Source of the DNA: an uncultured Eubacteriales bacterium
GTDB lineage: Bacteria; Bacillota; Clostridia; Oscillospirales; Oscillospiraceae
Length of the DNA: 64,000 bases
Assembly (NCBI GenBank): GCA_902465435.1
Contig: CABQNH010000005.1
Location: 10,889-74,888, forward strand
Direction: 5' to 3'
The notes beneath the pieces were generated by a model. It searched no databases. It was not told where the DNA came from and saw nothing but the letters and a program-made list of their open reading frames with translations. The translations under genes and the position numbers were made by a program. This document shows, one piece after another, positions 1-6,989 of the stretch. Position 1 is the stretch's first letter; the number at the start of each line of letters is the position of its first letter.

Positions 1-1
1 G

Positions 2-337
2 ACCTGCTATGCGCCCGTCGGCGTGCGCGTGCCGGAATTCGACGCCTACCGTGAAATCGAAATGCTCTACGGCCGCAGCAGCTATTGTGACATTGTGCTG
101 CGCGGGATCGATAAGGTCAGCGCGATCCGAAAGATCCTATCCTGGGAGAACACGGAACGGTTTATCGCCTTCGGCGACTCGCTCAACGACCTCGGGATGA
201 TCCGCGCGGCGGACTTCGGCGTCGCCATGGGCAACGGCTGCGAGGAGATCCGCGCAGCGGCAAGCTATGTCACAGCCGGTGTCAGCGAGGACGGCCTTAT
301 GCAGGCTGCGGAAAAAATTCTGCAAATGGAGTGGTGA
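2..337 (+). CDS. Cof-type HAD-IIB hydrolase, C-terminal fragment (5' end outside window)
   Basis: Frame open from window edge to TGA 335-337. Translation contains FGDSLNDLGMIRAADFGVAMGNG, the GDxxND motif region of Cof/YidA-like HAD phosphatases. Confidence 0.7.
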   Translation, partial: TCYAPVGVRVPEFDAYREIEMLYGRSSYCDIVLRGIDKVSAIRKILSWENTERFIAFGDSLNDLGMIRAADFGVAMGNGCEEIRAAASYVTAGVSEDGLMQAAEKILQMEW

Positions 338-339
338 AT

Positions 340-1218
340 ATGCCGCAATGGGATATGCTGTGCCGCACGGCGGCGCTGGCAATTGCGCAGGGCAGACCGG
401 AAGCGCTTTTGCCCCTGCTTTCGGATTCAGTCACGGTTCAAACGAACGTCGCAGGTGACGGGCAGGGTCTCGATGCGGCGATGCGCCTTCTGCGCTGTCC
501 CGCGTCCTGCTGGCCGCTGCGAAAGCTGAACATAGAGAACCTGCTCGCCGAGCCGACGCGCGCAAGCTTCGATGTGCTGGCGCTGCATAGCGTCGGGCAG
601 ACGGACGAACGATTCCACTTTGTGCAGTATGGGCTTCGCTGCGTGCTGCAATGTGAGGCCGGACGCATCACCAAGCTTCTCTTTGACCTCCGCTGGTCGG
701 ACGGTAATACGGCGCTGCTCGGCGCATGGCAGCCGTCCGCCGGACATTTGACGCCGCAGGACGCGGTGGCAAATCCCTCGTGCCGCAGCGAAACGGAGCG
801 CGTGCAGGCGGCGGTATTCCGCTTTGCATGGGCGCTGGATTCCTACGATCCGGCGGCAGCGTCGTTTTTCCTGCCTGACGCGCAGATTCATGACGGCGTA
901 CACGGCGCATCCTACTCCGACCCGGATGCGTGGCTCCATGCCGTTTGGCAGGCGGAGGATCGGCAGGCGTTTTTGCAGCATACGCTGCGCATTCTGCAGG
1001 TGCAGACGGAGGACACCGGGATCACGGTGCTCGCCCGGCGGCTTGCACCGGATCGCATCGATTCCAAGGCGATCGGCCTGCATAATTATTTCATGGACTG
1101 GTTCACAATGGACTATACATTTTTCTGGAAGGAATGTGCCGGATGTCGGCGCATTGCCGCCCTGACCATCACCAAACACCGAGTGCAGGAGCCTGCGCTT
1201 GAAAATCTGATCGGCTAA
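340..1218 (+). CDS. hypothetical protein (292 aa), no confident family
   Basis: ATG 340 with GGAG 8 nt upstream. Long ORF co-directional with neighbours. No catalytic, signal or membrane motif recognised. Antisense ORF 427-1668 judged a GC shadow. Confidence 0.55.
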   Translation: MPQWDMLCRTAALAIAQGRPEALLPLLSDSVTVQTNVAGDGQGLDAAMRLLRCPASCWPLRKLNIENLLAEPTRASFDVLALHSVGQTDERFHFVQYGLRCVLQCEAGRITKLLFDLRWSDGNTALLGAWQPSAGHLTPQDAVANPSCRSETERVQAAVFRFAWALDSYDPAAASFFLPDAQIHDGVHGASYSDPDAWLHAVWQAEDRQAFLQHTLRILQVQTEDTGITVLARRLAPDRIDSKAIGLHNYFMDWFTMDYTFFWKECAGCRRIAALTITKHRVQEPALENLIG

Positions 1219-1230
1219 GGAGCACAGAGT

Positions 1231-1674
1231 ATGGAAATCAAGTATTCGCTGAAGGTATCCGCACCTGCGTTTTTTGCGGTGATCCGCGACTCCGTTCTGG
1301 AGGAGCTGCACACCTTCGGAAAGCTGCCGCCGGAGGAAACTGCGATCGAAGAAGGCATGGCCTACAGTAAAATCCTCAAGCGGGGCAAGCGCAGGAACCG
1401 GACGATCGTGAAGATCACGCAGTATGAAGAAGCGCGGCGCTATCAAACGCGAATCAAGAGCGACGACGGACGTATTTTTGAAATCACCTATCTGCTGGAG
1501 CCGAATGCCGCAGGCGGCTGCGAGTTGACCTACTCGGAAGAGCTTTACCAGCCGGACGGCACGCAGGACGTGCGGATGCGCACCTTCCTTTTCGGTAAAA
1601 TTTCGGCGCGAGGCATTAAGCATCGTTTCCGTAAAATTGAAAAAACCATTTTGCAAAAGGAGAACCAAGCATGA
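1231..1674 (+). CDS. DUF3284-like small protein
   Basis: 147 aa. N-terminus MEIKYSLKVSAPAFFAVIRDSVLEEL and overall pattern resemble Firmicutes DUF3284 proteins found beside PTS genes. ATGA overlap with the following HPr gene. Confidence 0.5.
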   Translation: MEIKYSLKVSAPAFFAVIRDSVLEELHTFGKLPPEETAIEEGMAYSKILKRGKRRNRTIVKITQYEEARRYQTRIKSDDGRIFEITYLLEPNAAGGCELTYSEELYQPDGTQDVRMRTFLFGKISARGIKHRFRKIEKTILQKENQA

Positions 1675-1940
1675 AAGAACAAGTCAAAACCGTCGTAAAC
1701 GCCTCCGGCATTCACGCAAGACCGGCAACCGTCTTTGTAAGCGCTGCGAAAAAATTTCAGTCGCACATTACGCTGACCAACCTGACAAGCGGACGCGAGG
1801 GAGACGCAAAATCCATTTTGAAGGTGCTGTCTCTGGGTCTGGTCAAGGGAACGCAGATCAAGCTCACCGCTGAGGGTGAGGATGAGGAAGCGGCAATTGC
1901 ATCGCTCTCCGAGCTGATCGACAGCGGCCTCGGCGAATAA
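1671..1940 (+). CDS. ptsH: phosphocarrier protein HPr
   Basis: 89 aa with active-site GIHARPA (His15) and regulatory KSILKVLSLG (Ser46) motifs. Confidence 0.9.
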   Translation: MKEQVKTVVNASGIHARPATVFVSAAKKFQSHITLTNLTSGREGDAKSILKVLSLGLVKGTQIKLTAEGEDEEAAIASLSELIDSGLGE

Positions 1941-1969
1941 AGCTCCAAGCCGAATCACAACCGTGAATT

Positions 1970-1996
1970 TTAGCACTCAGCATTTAAGAGTGCTAA
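1970..1996 (+). promoter_or_regulatory. CIRCE operator (HrcA binding site) upstream of hsp20, inside an extended 18-bp-arm palindrome 1961-2005
   Basis: Exact consensus TTAGCACTC-N9-GAGTGCTAA. The right half contains TGCTAAAAT (extended -10) and the left half TTAGCA at -35 distance (18-nt spacer). The hairpin is followed by TTTGTT, so it could also terminate ptsH. Confidence 0.85.
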
Positions 1997-2181
1997 AATT
2001 CACGGTTTGTTCATAGTCCGGACACAAAATATGCGATTTTGGCGCGCATACTCTAAATCGAAAGGAAGGGAAAGCGGTTCGAAGAAACCGAAAGAATCGC
2101 GTCCCCGAAGCTCCCACCGCACCGGCCGCGCGAGAGTCAAGAAAAGGCCGGAAGGAACACATTGATTTGGAGGTATGCATT

Positions 2182-2643
2182 ATGTTTGAACTTATGCGTA
2201 AAAATAATAACAATCATCAGGTCAGCAGCTATAACCCCTTCCGCGAGATGGAGGAATTTGAGCGCAGCTTTTTCGGCAGCCCGATCGGCAGCTTCTTTGG
2301 CAGCCGTGATCTTGCCGAATTCAAGACGGACGTGACCGACGAGGGAGACCACTTCCTGATGGAAGCGGATCTTCCGGGCTTTGACAAGAAGGATATCCAT
2401 CTGGACGTCAACGGCGATACGCTGACCGTGTCGGCAGAGCGGCACTCCAAGGTAGAGGATAAGGACAAGAAGAACAAGGTCGTCTGCGTGGAGCGCTCTT
2501 ATGGCGCTTACAGCCGTCAGTTCGATGTGTCCGGCATCGACACCAACGGGATCAAGGCAAAATATGAAAACGGCGTTCTGAAGCTGACGCTGCCGAAGAA
2601 GGAAACGGTGCTTCCGGAAGCAAAGCGGCTTGAAATTGAATAA
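2182..2643 (+). CDS. Hsp20/alpha-crystallin small heat-shock protein
   Basis: ATG 2182 preceded by GGAGG 2169-2173. 153 aa with alpha-crystallin core (FKTDVTDEGDHFLMEADLPGFDKKDIHLDVNGDTLTVSAER ... GVLKLTLPK). Confidence 0.9.
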   Translation: MFELMRKNNNNHQVSSYNPFREMEEFERSFFGSPIGSFFGSRDLAEFKTDVTDEGDHFLMEADLPGFDKKDIHLDVNGDTLTVSAERHSKVEDKDKKNKVVCVERSYGAYSRQFDVSGIDTNGIKAKYENGVLKLTLPKKETVLPEAKRLEIE

Positions 2644-2653
2644 GTGAAAAACC

Positions 2654-2696
2654 ATCGGGCGCGGAGCCGTAAAGGCATCCGCGCCCGATTTTTTGT
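2654..2696 (+). terminator. intrinsic terminator after hsp20
   Basis: 12-bp stem ATCGGGCGCGGA / TCCGCGCCCGAT followed by TTTTTTG. Confidence 0.7.
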
Positions 2697-2753
2697 GTCC
2701 GGCACACTGGTATGCTCCGCCAACCGCCCTTGCCGCCCTGCTGAGCGCTTTTC

Positions 2754-3491
2754 TCAGCGGTACAGCTCTGCGCGCAGAAAACGCCGTCCCTTGCGGGAGG
2801 TTCCGCCCAGCTCCGCAAGCTTTCCCTTTCCGTAGCCGCGCAGAGAGATCACATCGCCCTCGCGCAGCTCTGCATCCGGCTTGATGCAGGGAAGGTCGTT
2901 CACCTTTGCCGCACCGGCCAAAATGGCCTTGGCGGCCAGCGTGCGCGAAATGCCGAAGAGATTGCCCGCCACGGCATCCAGACGCAGGCTCTGCACCGTA
3001 AAGCACAGCTCTTTGCGCTGTCTTTCCGGAATTTTCACCTCGTCAAGCGAAATTGCGTCGGCTTTGACGGGATACCGCCCGATGCGGTCGAGCGCGGCCA
3101 GATGCGCCGCAACCGTCGGCAGGCAAAAGGCGTAGGCCTCCTCCCCGCTTATCAGAATATCTCCGAGCCACTCCCGGCGCACGCCGCTTGCCAGCATTGC
3201 GCCCAGATAATCGCGGTGCTCGGGGCCTTGTCGGTACGCGCGGAAGCGGACGGCACAAAGCTCCTCCCGGACCGCCGTCTGCTCCAGATACTCCGGCAGG
3301 AAGAACAGCACCCGCCGTTCCGCATCCGGATAGCCGCCGTAAAAAACATGGCAAAACGGCGCACGGCGCAAAAATTGCTCAGCCTCCGCCTGCTCCGCCC
3401 CCGTAAGAAACGCCGTCGCCGTCAGTATTCCCATGCGATTGCAGCGCTCCTGCAGATCCTGCAGCCGCCGGACTAACTCTTCTCGTTCCAT
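2754..3491 (-). CDS. ylmH: YlmH-like RNA-binding S4-domain protein
   Basis: 245 aa, colinear with B. subtilis YlmH as I recall it (FYGGYPDAERRVLFFLPEY block, C-terminal S4 region LRLDAVAGNLFGISRTLAAKAILAGAAKVN). AAGGAG RBS 6 nt before the ATG. Start overlaps the upstream gene by 19 nt. Confidence 0.75.
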   Translation of the reverse strand: MEREELVRRLQDLQERCNRMGILTATAFLTGAEQAEAEQFLRRAPFCHVFYGGYPDAERRVLFFLPEYLEQTAVREELCAVRFRAYRQGPEHRDYLGAMLASGVRREWLGDILISGEEAYAFCLPTVAAHLAALDRIGRYPVKADAISLDEVKIPERQRKELCFTVQSLRLDAVAGNLFGISRTLAAKAILAGAAKVNDLPCIKPDAELREGDVISLRGYGKGKLAELGGTSRKGRRFLRAELYR

Positions 3492-6079
3492 GCCTGCTCC
3501 TTCAAATTCTCGCCGATTTTTCCGATGCGCTGTCGTTGCAGCGTGCGCAGGCAGGCGGTGATCTCGTCATTGACCCGCGCAAGCTCCCGGCCGAACTCCC
3601 CGGCCGACATCCGAAGCACGCCCGCGCGAAGCGCCGAAAGCTGGATCAGCGCATCCGACGTCACCACGCGAACTCGCTCATTTTTCCCGATCCCCGCAAC
3701 AAAGCGCTCGATATATGCGTCTCCCGTTTCGTTTTCCCTGGTATAAACCACATGAATGTTGTGGAATTCAAACGCCTTCCCCAGATTGCCCGGCACGCGG
3801 TAGGCGTCGAACACCAGGACGACGGCGCAGCCCGTGTAAGCGCCATAGCCGCAGAGGCGGTTCATCAGCTCCTCGCGCGCCGCCTCAAGGTCCTGCTCCG
3901 CCAGCGCGTGCAGCTCGTCCCACGCGAAAAGCAGATTGTAGCCGTCGACGATCAAATGCTGCCTGCCGGCAGGCGTCGGCAGACTCGCCTGCGAAAACGG
4001 CTCCGCGCGTGGAGCGCGGTACGGCAGACGCGTCTTCGGTTCGCCGAAGGTGCGGCGCATAATGGCCTCCAGCTCGGCGTCATCCAAGCGAAAGCTTCTC
4101 CGGGCGGCTGGTAACTCCGGCCTCTTCAGGCAGCTTTCCAGATGCATTCTGGACGGAACCTCGCTCCACTTCACCGAAAAGCCCGCGCCGTGTGCGCAGA
4201 AAACGGAATCCGGCGTATTTTCCAGATCACGCTCCGGGTCATAGGCAAAGCGCGCAAGAACGTCCTGCGGATCATGGCAGTCAGCGTATCCGCAAGGCTC
4301 GCACAGGAGTCGTCCGCGTCCGCCGGAATAGGCAGCCAGCTCGGCGGCATAGCCGTACATCGTCGCCGCGGGCGCGCAGCCGCGCAGAAGCGTCAGATTT
4401 CCCAGCTCCTCCGGCGGATCAAAGCCGCCCGCGCGGGCGCGGATATCCGTAATGGCGCGGCCGATCTTTTCCGGCGGCACCGTCAGCCGAAAGGCGACGT
4501 ATGGCTCCAAAAGCCGCGACTTTGCCTGCATCAGCCCCTGCCGCACCGCGCGATAGGTCGCCTGCCGGAAGTCGCCGCCCTCAGTATGCTTGAGGTGCGC
4601 CCTGCCTGCGGCCAGCGTAATTTTCACATCCGTTAGGGGTGAGCCGGTCAGAACGCCCAGATGCTCCTTTTCCTGCAGATGCGTCAAAATGAGCCGCTGC
4701 CAGCTTCGGTCGAGCTGATCCTCGTCGCACGTCGCGGCAAACTGCATCCCGCTGCCGCGCGGCAGCGGCTCCAGCAGCAGATGCACCTCGGCATAGTGCC
4801 GCAGCGGCTCGTAATGGCCAACGCCCTCGACCGCATTGTCGATCGTCTCCTTATAGAGTACGCGTCCCTCGTCAAGCGCGGCGCGAACGCCGAATCGCTC
4901 GTCAAGCAGGCTCACCAGGATTTCTCCCTGCACCTCGCCCATCAGACCCACATGGATCTCGCGCAGATGCGAATCCCAGCGAACATGGAGCTGCGGATCC
5001 TCCTCCTCCAAAAGGCGAAGCTTCGGCAGGAAGCTCTGCGGATCGCAGTCCTTCGGCAGCACGATCCGATAATACATGGTCGGCTCGGTAAACGGTGCGC
5101 GCGATGCCGCCTCTATGCCAAGCCCCTGCCCGTTTTTTGTGCGGGTAAGCCCAACAACGGCGCAGACACCGCCGGCCTGTACCGCCTCTACCGCTTCAAA
5201 TTTTTCGCCGGAATAAACGCGGAGCTGGCTGACCTTCTCCTCCGTACCGTCCACGGTCACACTGTCGCGCACACGCAGACAGCCGCCTGTGACCTTGAGA
5301 TGTGTCAGCCGCACCCCCTGCGGATCATGGCTGATTTTGAACACCTTCGCGCCAAGCCTCTGCGGCCAGACGCGCGGCAGAACACAGGAGGGAAGCGCAT
5401 GCAAAAGCGCGTCCACTCCCTGCAGCTTCAAGCCGGAACCGAAAAAGCAGGGGAAAATCTCCCGCGCGGCGATCAGCTCCGCCGCAGCGGTATCAGGGAT
5501 CGCTCCCGTCTGCAAATACTGCTCGAGCAGCTCCTCGCGGCACATGGCCATCGTCTCCATGCGCGTCTCGACCGCATCCTCACTGAAATCCACGCAGCGT
5601 TCGTCCAACGTCTGCCGCAGCTCCTGCAGAAGCGCCTCGCGGCTTCTGCGCGCAAGATCCATCTTCGTCACAAAAAGGAAGGTGGGAATCTGATAGCGTC
5701 GGAGCAGCCGCCAGAGCGTGCGCGTATGCGCCTGCACGCCGTCTGTGCCGCTGATGACCAGAATCGCGTTGTCCAGAACCTGCAAAACGCGCTCCGTCTC
5801 CGCCGAAAAGTCCACATGTCCCGGCGTATCCAGGAGCGTCACACACAGCCCCTCGAGCGGCAGCACCGCCTGACTTGCAAAAATGGTGATGCCGCGCTCC
5901 CGCTCTAAAATATGCGTATCGAGCAGCGTATCCCGGTGGTCAACGCGCCCGAGCTTTTTCAATTTCCCCGCCTGATAGAGCATTGCCTCCGCGAGCGTCG
6001 TCTTGCCCGCGTCCACGTGCGCCAATATGCCGAATACACTCTGTCTCATACGTTTCTCTAAGGTTTCCCGCTCCGTCAT
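3473..6079 (-). CDS. translational GTPase (EF-G/Tet(M)-like, five-domain layout) fused to a C-terminal YacP/Rae1-type NYN nuclease domain, 868 aa
   Basis: G motifs AHVDAGKT, RGITI, DTPGH, TKMD. C-terminal blocks LIVDGYNLL, VVLVFDA, VVYTRENETGDAYIE, VVTSDALIQ match the YacP NYN signature. Start chosen at ATG 6079 (MTERETLEKR...) because the ORF-track extension to 6592 overlaps the ABM gene in another frame. Confidence 0.85.
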   Translation of the reverse strand: MTERETLEKRMRQSVFGILAHVDAGKTTLAEAMLYQAGKLKKLGRVDHRDTLLDTHILERERGITIFASQAVLPLEGLCVTLLDTPGHVDFSAETERVLQVLDNAILVISGTDGVQAHTRTLWRLLRRYQIPTFLFVTKMDLARRSREALLQELRQTLDERCVDFSEDAVETRMETMAMCREELLEQYLQTGAIPDTAAAELIAAREIFPCFFGSGLKLQGVDALLHALPSCVLPRVWPQRLGAKVFKISHDPQGVRLTHLKVTGGCLRVRDSVTVDGTEEKVSQLRVYSGEKFEAVEAVQAGGVCAVVGLTRTKNGQGLGIEAASRAPFTEPTMYYRIVLPKDCDPQSFLPKLRLLEEEDPQLHVRWDSHLREIHVGLMGEVQGEILVSLLDERFGVRAALDEGRVLYKETIDNAVEGVGHYEPLRHYAEVHLLLEPLPRGSGMQFAATCDEDQLDRSWQRLILTHLQEKEHLGVLTGSPLTDVKITLAAGRAHLKHTEGGDFRQATYRAVRQGLMQAKSRLLEPYVAFRLTVPPEKIGRAITDIRARAGGFDPPEELGNLTLLRGCAPAATMYGYAAELAAYSGGRGRLLCEPCGYADCHDPQDVLARFAYDPERDLENTPDSVFCAHGAGFSVKWSEVPSRMHLESCLKRPELPAARRSFRLDDAELEAIMRRTFGEPKTRLPYRAPRAEPFSQASLPTPAGRQHLIVDGYNLLFAWDELHALAEQDLEAAREELMNRLCGYGAYTGCAVVLVFDAYRVPGNLGKAFEFHNIHVVYTRENETGDAYIERFVAGIGKNERVRVVTSDALIQLSALRAGVLRMSAGEFGRELARVNDEITACLRTLQRQRIGKIGENLKEQAWNEKS

Positions 6080-6369
6080 TCCGGAATGGCACGCACGACC
6101 TGCGTGTCCGTCACATAGCGCTCCTTCAGCGTCCGCACGAGCGCCATATGCGGCTGTGACAAATGCCGCGCCTGCTGCTCGGCCGACTGCCAGCGCTCTA
6201 CCAGCAGAAGCTCGTCGTCGTGAAGCTGCGCGCGGTAATAGGCGTACTGCACAGCGCCGTCCTCCGCCCGAATCTTTGCAAGCACGCCGCTCTCCTCCAT
6301 TTCCCGCAGAAAAGCCTCCGTGCAGCCGGGCTTCATCGTATAGGTGACCAAAAACAAACGTTCTTCCAT
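6076..6369 (-). CDS. ABM (antibiotic biosynthesis monooxygenase-like) ferredoxin-fold protein
   Basis: 97 aa with typical ABM length and pattern (LVERWQSAEQQARHLSQPHM). AAGGAG RBS 7 nt upstream. Stop overlaps the GTPase start as ATGA. Confidence 0.6.
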   Translation of the reverse strand: MEERLFLVTYTMKPGCTEAFLREMEESGVLAKIRAEDGAVQYAYYRAQLHDDELLLVERWQSAEQQARHLSQPHMALVRTLKERYVTDTQVVRAIPE

Positions 6370-6463
6370 GTGCGTTCTCCTTTACCGAAGCAAGCGTTTT
6401 CGGGCGCGGCTTTCCGCCGCGCGGCCGTTGTTTTGGGCACGGCTCCACCCGTTTTCCTTTCTC

Positions 6464-6492
6464 ATTATAATTTGCAATTGCAAGGAAGTCAA
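6464..6492 (-). promoter_or_regulatory. sigma-70-type promoter for the ABM-GTPase::NYN-ylmH operon
   Basis: Minus strand reads TTGACT-17 nt-TATAAT, about 90 nt upstream of the ABM start. Confidence 0.6.
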
Positions 6493-6518
6493 TGCGCCTG
6501 TGCGGCTGCCCCGGCGAA

Positions 6519-6627
6519 CTGTCAGGAAAGTCCGGAAAATAAGGCCGCCTCTGAATCCACACCCGCAGATGTACACAAATACGGCAGGGCACGCATTCCG
6601 AAGTGCGTCAAGGCAACGAATCGCATC
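6519..6627. repeat. intergenic repeat modules (degenerate R1, X, Y) upstream of the CODH/ACS cluster
   Basis: 6519-6539 matches the 28-nt R1 repeat at 16 of its first 19 positions. 6562-6605 matches the reverse complement of 12063-12106 at 33/44 positions (hand-aligned). 6616-6627 ACGAATCGCATC is identical to 11984-11995. Confidence 0.45.
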
Positions 6628-6840
6628 CTATTTTGCACCGTATTGGTTCGAATTTCCCTGCGAAAAGAGAATGGCCGCGTTTCAGATAAAAAGGGTCAAA
6701 ATTATGTTCCCGTTTTGCCCGTTCCGGGCTTTATGGACCGTTCGCGATATCCCCCTACCGGGGATGTCGTTTTTTCTTTCTGCGGATTTCGTAATCGGGA
6801 AAAAATTATCGATTTTTGCGGTTTTCGCGCGGCAAAGCGG

Positions 6841-6869
6841 TTGACATCTCCCGCGTTCCTTGCTAAAAT
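6841..6869 (+). promoter_or_regulatory. sigma-70-type promoter for cooS-cooC-acsB
   Basis: TTGACA-17 nt-TAAAAT, about 120 nt upstream of the cooS TTG start. Confidence 0.6.
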
Positions 6870-6921
6870 ACGAATGGATTATAAGCGGTGGTATGTCTCT
6901 TTGCGTGCTGCCGCAGGGCTC

Positions 6922-6949
6922 TTGACCCGCGGAAAATTCCGCAGGTCAA
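6922..6949 (+). promoter_or_regulatory. 13-bp-arm palindrome in the cooS leader (operator or RNA hairpin)
   Basis: TTGACCCGCGGAA-AA-TTCCGCAGGTCAA with one mismatch, located between the predicted -10 and the RBS. Confidence 0.5.
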
Positions 6950-6989
6950 TCTTTGTTCGCCCGTAACACTATCTTAGGAGGAACACACT

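Noticed and set aside
427-1668. Long antisense ORFs such as 427-1668(-), 4661-5908(+), 7563-8918(-), 9720-10877(-), 10884-12023(-), 25622-26878(+), 38796-39923(+), 46031-47179(-) and 53806-55164(-).
   Set aside because: Each lies opposite a gene with clear family motifs. Their translations are Arg/Ala/Gly/His-rich with no motifs, and they lack an RBS. These are classic shadow ORFs of a GC-rich genome.
3473-6079. Calling the GTPase a tetracycline-resistance ribosomal protection protein (Tet(M)/Tet(O)-like).
   Set aside because: Only the general EF-G/RPP domain layout is visible. Resistance-specific domain IV loop residues cannot be verified by eye, and the NYN fusion and operon context argue for a different role. 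No resistance claim is made.
3473-6592. The ORF track gives a 1039-aa protein, with 171 extra N-terminal residues on the GTPase::NYN gene.
   Set aside because: The extension is Arg/Ala/Gly-rich low-complexity translation typical of GC-rich out-of-frame sequence. It overlaps the well-formed ABM gene (6076-6369) in another frame. The GTPase P-loop lies only about 20 residues after Met172, so the start was set at ATG 6079.
6640-6656. GGTTCGAAT, a T-loop-like string suggesting a tRNA or tRNA fragment in the cooS upstream spacer.
   Set aside because: The flanking bases do not form a T-stem, and no acceptor or anticodon arms can be drawn.
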